Below, piece by piece: positions 8,491 to 13,003 of a stretch of DNA of 13,003 nt. Position numbers and translations under genes: made by a program. Source of the stretch: Thermoproteus sp. (GTDB lineage Archaea; Thermoproteota; Thermoprotei; Thermoproteales; Thermoproteaceae). The notes below the pieces were generated by a model. The model made no database searches. It was not told the origin of the DNA and worked only from the letters and a program-made list of their open reading frames with translations. The stretch is from positions 1 to 13,003 of the forward strand of contig JBMFIG010000034.1 in the NCBI GenBank assembly GCA_049976425.1, written 5' to 3'. Every line of letters begins with the position of its first letter. Positions within the stretch are counted from its first letter, which is position 1.

Positions 8491-9222
8491 CTACGCCCTC
8501 CTCTCGAGTGGCAACTTCCCGGCCTTCAAGTCGAGTATCAGCGATTTCAACTCATCAACAGCGGCCTTGAGGATCTCCTCGCCCTTCTCCCTAGAGGCCC
8601 TCGAGGGGTAGCCCTGCACTGCCTTGGCGTACATGGCCTCGTAGGCCCTCCGCCCGTATACGGCATACCTCACCTCGACCCACTCATCCGCGTCCCTCGG
8701 CACGGCCTTCACCAGATGCGGGTAGGCCGCCATGACCTCGCTCGTCTCGTCCTCCGCCGCGTGGCCCTCCGGGGTCTCGAGGACCCTGCGCCGAGCCTCC
8801 TTGGCTAGGTCTATCCACCAGTTGACGACCACTATGGTCATGTCGGCCGATCTAGCCACGTCCTTAGCCGCCATCCTCAAGGCATCTATATTCCCACCAT
8901 GGCCATTGACCACGACGAGGTTCCTGACGCCGTTCCTCGCGACCTCGGCGAAGACGTCCCTATACAGCCTATAGAGCGTCTCGGCAGATATAGATATGGT
9001 GCCGGGGAACCTATCCAAGACGTAGGTCGTGCCGTACCAGATCGGGGGCAGGAGGAGCGCGCCCGCCTCCTCCGCCGCCCTCTCGGCTACGTACATGGCC
9101 ATCAACGCGTCGGTGCCCAGAGGGAGGTGCGGCCCGTGCGCCTCCACAACTCCCACGGGCAGGACCGCCACGGCCTTATCGGCCTTCTCGAACTCCGGCC
9201 AGGTAAGCTCGGCCCACTTCAT
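8491..9222 (-). CDS. Creatininase/creatinine amidohydrolase family protein (ArfB/MftE-like)
   Basis: LPVGVVEAHGPHLPLGTD, FPGTISI, VVNGHGGN and GHAAEDETS metal-binding motifs. Substrate cannot be determined. Confidence 0.95.
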   Translation of the reverse strand: MKWAELTWPEFEKADKAVAVLPVGVVEAHGPHLPLGTDALMAMYVAERAAEEAGALLLPPIWYGTTYVLDRFPGTISISAETLYRLYRDVFAEVARNGVRNLVVVNGHGGNIDALRMAAKDVARSADMTIVVVNWWIDLAKEARRRVLETPEGHAAEDETSEVMAAYPHLVKAVPRDADEWVEVRYAVYGRRAYEAMYAKAVQGYPSRASREKGEEILKAAVDELKSLILDLKAGKLPLERRA

Positions 9223-9242
9223 ATAGTCCCTCGCGGGATAAC

Positions 9243-9250
9243 TTTTTAAA
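9243..9250. promoter_or_regulatory. Shared bidirectional TATA element (TTTTTAAA)
   Basis: The palindromic core TTTAAA (9245-9250) is 23 nt from the minus-strand ATG 9222 and 27 nt from the in-frame plus-strand GTG 9277. Confidence 0.5.
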
Positions 9251-10032
9251 TGGCGACGCCATTGCCGACGGATGCCGTGTTGGGGAAGGCGGATGTCTTG
9301 AGGAAGATCGTCGGGGAGGTGGTCGGAGTCTACGACGCGCCCGACTGGCTGATCGCCGAGATATTGGGCGATCTCGCCGGCTGGGAAGACGTAGACGAGG
9401 ACGTCCTCAGACGCGCAGTCGAGCTGAACTCGTCGAAGCTACACGGAGTGCTTAGGAGGAACCTCCAACTCTACCGCCCGGGGAGATCCAGCATAAGGAA
9501 GGCGGCGCCGTATCTAGTGGCCGAGCTCCTCGAGGCGGGAGGCCTTAGGCCTGCCTTCGTCAGCCTCTTCGGCGCAGTCCTGCCGGCCGCCTATAGGGGC
9601 CGCGGCCTCTACACGCCCGTGGTGCCCGTGGTCGAGGCCAAGAGGGCGGTGCTCAACAGACTCTCGGCGCTGGCTAAGTACCCCGGGGCGTACGTCGTGC
9701 TCTCGGCCGTCGACGGAGTGCCCGGCCTCAGGCTGGAGATAAGGAAGATCCAGAAGCCGCCTTACTACTACGCAGTGGCGGAGAGGCTGGGGCAGGCGCT
9801 GGAGAGGGCGGGCGCCATGAAGGCGCGGAGAGACGAGGCGGCGGAGCGGCTCTACTCCTTCTGGCGGAGGTATAGATCGCAGGGCTACCTCGTCCTCGCC
9901 GGCCGCGAGGTGGGCGGCGTAGTCGTAGATGTGCTAGCGGTGGGGCTCGGAAAGTATGGGGCTGTGGTGGGCGCCAGCAGGAGGAAGATAAACAGGCTGT
10001 CTAAGTTCCTCGACGAGGTCTACGAGCTCTGA
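9250..10032 (+). CDS. Hypothetical protein; C-terminus resembles a degenerate PD-(D/E)XK nuclease fold (true start possibly GTG 9277)
   Basis: 260-aa ORF with genome-typical codon usage. The C-terminal YRSQGYLVLAGREVGGVVVDVLAVG resembles the 'GY.V..E..hDhhA' PD-(D/E)XK core, but no (E/D)xK follows. Confidence 0.75.
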   Translation: MATPLPTDAVLGKADVLRKIVGEVVGVYDAPDWLIAEILGDLAGWEDVDEDVLRRAVELNSSKLHGVLRRNLQLYRPGRSSIRKAAPYLVAELLEAGGLRPAFVSLFGAVLPAAYRGRGLYTPVVPVVEAKRAVLNRLSALAKYPGAYVVLSAVDGVPGLRLEIRKIQKPPYYYAVAERLGQALERAGAMKARRDEAAERLYSFWRRYRSQGYLVLAGREVGGVVVDVLAVGLGKYGAVVGASRRKINRLSKFLDEVYEL

Positions 10033-10304
10033 GCAGTCGCCTTGGCCCGCCTCTCCCTAATAGCCTTTATCTCCCTCTCGGCGAGGTCCAGGTGGAACGA
10101 AAGCTCCTCTATCCCGTATTTCTTGGCCACATCCCTCCCCTGCTTTATCAAGGCCTCCGCCTCGTCGAGCCTCCGCTCCGCGATGAGGCTCCGCGTTTGG
10201 TAGACCAGACACTCCACGAGCTTCTCCTTGAACTCAAGCGCCTTGCCCTTATTGCCCTGCCTCTCGGCTTGTTGCATTAGCCTCTCCCACCTCTCGCAGA
10301 CCAT
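10020..10304 (-). CDS. Small alpha-helical (TPR-like) hypothetical protein
   Basis: 94 aa, E/K/R-rich amphipathic helices (RRLDEAEALIKQGRDVAKKYG), two Cys. Has its own TATA (TTATTAA, 10330-10324, minus strand). Overlaps the convergent gene by 13 nt. Confidence 0.8.
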   Translation of the reverse strand: MVCERWERLMQQAERQGNKGKALEFKEKLVECLVYQTRSLIAERRLDEAEALIKQGRDVAKKYGIEELSFHLDLAEREIKAIRERRAKATAQSS

Positions 10305-10334
10305 GCCCGCGCAAACGGCCGTCTTAATAAGCTT

Positions 10335-10835
10335 TCAGCCCAACACCATGAGTTGCGACTTGAGCTTCAAGATCTTGGCGTAGACCTCGTCCAAGCCCAT
10401 CCTCTTGGCCGTCTTGGCGGCTTTGACGAGCTGTCTGTTGAGCTTGGCGATATACTCGGGGTTCTTCATGACCACGCCCATGGCCAACTTCCTCAGATAG
10501 TCCTCGGCATCGCTCACAATCCTCTCGACTTCCTGCAAGGCGAGCTCCACGTCGAGGTCGTCGCGCCCGCCCCCCTTCGCAACGTTTATGTTGAGGACTA
10601 TGGGCTCCACGACCACCCGCCTCTCGGGACGCACTATGTTGTACTTGCCCATGAGGTAGCCCGCTATTAGGTAGCGCACCAGCTCCGAGACCCCGTCGAG
10701 CCCCTCCTTCCTGGCCAGCTCCTCCAGCACCGACTTCACCTTCCTATGGACGCGCACCGACACTATGGATCCCTCCTTGTCGGGGGCGCTGAAAAGCTGT
10801 TCGTAGGTCAGGTCGAACTCCCTCACGCCGTCCAT
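10335..10835 (-). CDS. Ribbon-helix-helix (CopG-like) DNA-binding domain protein with C-terminal helical extension
   Basis: SIVSVRVHRKVKSVLEELARKEGLDGVSELVRYLI matches the RHH pattern (beta strand, helix A, G turn, S-E-h-h-R helix B). TATA TTTATAAG at 10860-10853 on the minus strand. Confidence 0.8.
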   Translation of the reverse strand: MDGVREFDLTYEQLFSAPDKEGSIVSVRVHRKVKSVLEELARKEGLDGVSELVRYLIAGYLMGKYNIVRPERRVVVEPIVLNINVAKGGGRDDLDVELALQEVERIVSDAEDYLRKLAMGVVMKNPEYIAKLNRQLVKAAKTAKRMGLDEVYAKILKLKSQLMVLG

Positions 10836-10964
10836 ACATGAGGGCGCGCCGACTTATAAACAGGCAATTCTCAAAATGGATCCCACCCCTGATCTTATGC
10901 CGCGTGAGCGTTGGCTATTTAAACCGCGGGAACAACGCTTAAAAAGACGCGGCGCCGCCGCGGC

Positions 10965-12095
10965 GTGGTGATCGCCGTCCTCGTGGCCGTCTCTCTGGCG
11001 CTCGCCGCCTTGGCCCTCGCCGGCCTATACAGGGAGGCGAAGTTCTGGTCGGTCGAGGAGCGCCGAGGCCAGACCTGCCGCGAGGTGGACGTGATAGTCC
11101 CCCTGAGGGGGGCCCCTCCAGGCCTGGAGGAGAACCTGGCGGCGATGACGCGGCAGAGGCTCGCAGGAGGCAGGGCCAGATACGTGTTCGTGGTCGACGA
11201 CGCGGGCGACCCCGCGGCGTCCGTCGCGTCGAGGTTCGGCGAAGTCCTCGTCGCAAGGCCGGCGCCCGGCGTCCCCGGCAAGAGCTGGGCGTTGGCAAAA
11301 GCCCTAGAGGCCACACGGGGCGACTGCGTGGTGCTGGCCGACGACGATATAAGGCCGGGCCCCGACTGGCTGGAGGGCCTCACGGCGCCTCTGTCGGCGT
11401 ACGACGCGGCGACTACGTATAGGTGGTACGTGGGGCGGAGCCTCTGCACGAGGGCCAGAGCCGCCGTCAGCAACACCGCCTTCTCGGCCATGCAGGACCC
11501 CCGCTCGAGATTCCTCTGGGGAGGCTCCACGGCGTTGAGGAGAGACGTGGTCGAAAGGGGGAGGATAGCCGAGAGGCTCCCCCGCTACATCAGCGACGAC
11601 TACGCCACCTACAGCGCCGTCAAGGAGCTGGGGGGCAGAATATGGTTCTCCCGGAGATCCATAGCGCCGACGCCCGATCCCCTATGCAGATGGGGCGACA
11701 TGTTCAAGTGGGCCGTGAGGCAAGTCCTCATGGTCAAATGGCACGCGCGCCAGGGCTGGATCGTGGGCCTGGCCATATACACGCTGAACTTCGCCTTCGG
11801 CATAGCGATGCCCGCGGCCGGCCTAGCCGTCGGCGCGCCGGCGCTCGCCGTAGGCTTCTCCATACCGCTGATCAACCTGGCCAAGGACTTCGTCAGAGCC
11901 AAGGGCGTGGAGAGGCACGCAGGCATAAGGACAAGCCCGTTGGAGGTCTTGGCCACGTGGGCCCTGGGGAACTTCGTCATACCGGCAGTTGTATGGGCCT
12001 CGGCATTCGTCAGATGCGTCGAGTGGAGAGGGCGGAGATACTGCGAAGACGACGTCAAGAAGCTCTCAGCCGCGGTCACGCCCTTGACGCCTTGA
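10965..12095 (+). CDS. Membrane-bound glycosyltransferase, GT2/GT21 (ceramide glucosyltransferase/HpnI-like)
   Basis: N-terminal TM anchor, VDVIVPLRG, FVVDD, GKSWAL, VLADDD (DxD), LWGGSTALR, ISDDY, a QxxRW-position segment (KWAVRQ), C-terminal TM helices and VEWRGRRY. TATA CTTAAAAA at 10938-10945. Confidence 0.88.
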   Translation: MVIAVLVAVSLALAALALAGLYREAKFWSVEERRGQTCREVDVIVPLRGAPPGLEENLAAMTRQRLAGGRARYVFVVDDAGDPAASVASRFGEVLVARPAPGVPGKSWALAKALEATRGDCVVLADDDIRPGPDWLEGLTAPLSAYDAATTYRWYVGRSLCTRARAAVSNTAFSAMQDPRSRFLWGGSTALRRDVVERGRIAERLPRYISDDYATYSAVKELGGRIWFSRRSIAPTPDPLCRWGDMFKWAVRQVLMVKWHARQGWIVGLAIYTLNFAFGIAMPAAGLAVGAPALAVGFSIPLINLAKDFVRAKGVERHAGIRTSPLEVLATWALGNFVIPAVVWASAFVRCVEWRGRRYCEDDVKKLSAAVTPLTP

Positions 12096-12253
12096 CGGGG
12101 CTTGAGCCAATCTGCAGGGCGGCCGGCCTCCTTAGCAGTGCTAAAGACGTCGGCGCAGACGGCTTAACTGCTCTGACGGATAGGCCCTACCGAGACCTCG
12201 CCTATGCCGTTATTAGGACCGCGGTCCAGAACACGAGCATGTGAGGGAAAGGC

Positions 12254-12259
12254 TTTAAA
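12254..12259 (+). promoter_or_regulatory. TATA box (TTTAAA) with purine-rich BRE (GGGAAAGG) for the tRNA
   Basis: Ends 23 nt upstream of the mature tRNA 5' end at 12282. Confidence 0.8.
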
Positions 12260-12281
12260 CCCGAATGTATGTAAGGGACTG

Positions 12282-12396
12282 GCGGGGGTAGCTCAGCCTG
12301 GTTGGAGCGCCCAGGGGCGTAGCCCCGCGTAGGGCTCATAAAGGGCTCCCGGCCCGAGCAGCCGGGAGGACCCGGGTTCAAATCCCGGCCCCCGCA
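12282..12396 (+). tRNA. tRNA-Met(CAU), probably elongator, with two 20-nt introns (12313-12332 at 29/30; 12341-12360 at 37/38)
   Basis: Acceptor stem GCGGGGG/CCCCCGC + A73. D arm GCTC-AGCCTGGTTG-GAGC. After removing both introns, anticodon arm CCCGG-CTCATAG-CCGGG (CAT 12337-12339), variable loop AGGAC, T arm CCGGG-TTCAAAT-CCCGG; 75 nt, no encoded CCA. No A1-U72, so not initiator. C2-G71 favours Met over Ile2. Confidence 0.93.
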
Positions 12397-12499
12397 TCGT
12401 CATTATCGACGAAAGCTTAAAACTGCGAGGCTTCTCGATGGCCGTAAATATCGGCTATCTGCCGCCTGCACCAGTTACGGGCATGGGATGGGCTGGTGG

Positions 12500-12720
12500 C
12501 TAGAGCTCCAGCAGGAATCTCGGGGCGTTCTCCATGGTCACGACGATCACGTCGGGCGGGTAACTTCGACGAAGGTCAACGAGGGCTCCTCCAGGGGGAT
12601 CTCCCGCAACCACTGGGGCATCCACTTGACCCTCTGGGCTTCCCAGGCAGATATGTGCGGGTCCCGCGCGTGCCACTCGGGATCCCACCACCAGGGGTTG
12701 GATCTGTCGACGAGCTCCAT
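12500..12720 (-). pseudogene. Internally deleted remnant of an archaeal AAA+ ATPase (AAA_14/COG1373-like)
   Basis: From ATG 12720, MELVDRSNPWWWDPEWHARDPHISAWEAQRVKWMPQWLREIPLEEPSLTFV resembles the NPWW-type N-terminus of this family and stops where the Walker A (GPRQxGKT) should begin. It joins out of frame to RRSYPPDVIVVTMENAPRFLLEL* (TAG 12500-12502), which resembles the family's extreme C-terminus. Family recognition is from memory. Confidence 0.7.
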
Positions 12721-12770
12721 TGTCAATGAACTGACAACGGTCCTATTTATGGTTGTCACATAACTGACAA
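12720..12770. promoter_or_regulatory. Tandem palindromic operators TTGTCA-N6-TGACAA (12720-12737 and 12753-12770) flanking a minus-strand TATA (ATAAATA, 12750-12744)
   Basis: TTGTCAATGAACTGACAA and TTGTCACATAACTGACAA have identical 6-bp arms and start 33 bp apart. Confidence 0.8.
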
Positions 12771-12794
12771 TGCCTGCGCGGCGGGCGACCCTCG

Positions 12795-13003
12795 CTAGAC
12801 CCCTCTGGGGTAGCCGAACTTCTTCAGCGTGTCGGGAGGCTCTATGGCGAGGGCGGCCGCCCCTATGGCCACCTCATCGTCGCCGAACTTAGCCCTCTCG
12901 ATTGCCGGCGGAGTGAGCGGCGTGTATTTCCTCAGCCTGTCCTCTACCGCCTTGAAGACGTCCCAATGGTTGAGGGCCACAGATCCCCCCACGACCAACA
13001 CCT
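12795..13003 (-). CDS. ROK-family sugar kinase (glucokinase/hexokinase), 3' part only
   Basis: VLVVGGSVAL...IERAKFGDDEVAIGAAALA matches the ROK C-terminal 'hhhGGgh...a.lG.dA.hhGAA' signature. The ORF runs off the window end. Confidence 0.85.
   Translation of the reverse strand, partial: VLVVGGSVALNHWDVFKAVEDRLRKYTPLTPPAIERAKFGDDEVAIGAAALAIEPPDTLKKFGYPRGV

Noticed and set aside
10861-10935. Possible C/D box sRNA in the RHH-GT intergenic region (CTGA near 10890, extra TTTAAA at 10918-10923)
   Set aside because: No recognisable C box; the AT-rich elements can be explained as promoter sequence for the divergent genes.
12096-12250. Possible sRNA or small gene between the glycosyltransferase and the tRNA
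   Set aside because: No C box (RUGAUGA) paired with a D box. The minus-strand ATG 12240 gives only 12 codons. No convincing structure.
12282-12396. Initiator tRNA-Met or tRNA-Ile2 identity
   Set aside because: It lacks A1-U72 and the three consecutive G-C anticodon-stem pairs of initiators. C2-G71 is unlike the G2-C71 typical of archaeal Ile2, though Ile2 is not fully excluded.
12720-12770. Mini-CRISPR or MITE reading of the two palindromes
   Set aside because: Only two 18-bp units with a 15-bp gap that contains a TATA box; too short for repeat-spacer units, no cas genes, no clear target-site duplication.
12397-12794. Integrated element or att site at the tRNA 3' end
   Set aside because: No duplicated tRNA 3' segment, integrase or transposase seen in the window.

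Overview
GC-rich (~60%, estimated by eye) archaeal chromosomal window, most likely Thermoproteales (Thermoproteus/Pyrobaculum-like). That call rests on TATA boxes ~20-28 nt before start codons (leaderless pattern), AGG/ATA/TAG codon use, a doubly intron-split tRNA and a ROK hexokinase. Gene order: 3' end of a ClC channel, carB-argX/lysX, a nucleotide pyrophosphatase/phosphodiesterase (-), a small membrane-protein gene broken by two frameshifts (-), a secreted GH57 with two tandem starch-binding-like modules, a creatininase-family gene (-), three uncharacterised genes (possible degenerate PD-(D/E)XK protein, small helical protein, RHH-domain protein), a membrane GT2/GT21 glycosyltransferase, tRNA-Met(CAU) with introns at 29/30 and 37/38, an internally deleted AAA+ ATPase remnant (-), and the 3' end of a ROK sugar kinase (-). 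The most unusual signal is a pair of perfect TTGTCA-N6-TGACAA palindromes bracketing the TATA box of the ATPase remnant. I found no CRISPR array, IS element or intact novel multi-gene system. All family calls come from motif recognition, not database searches.
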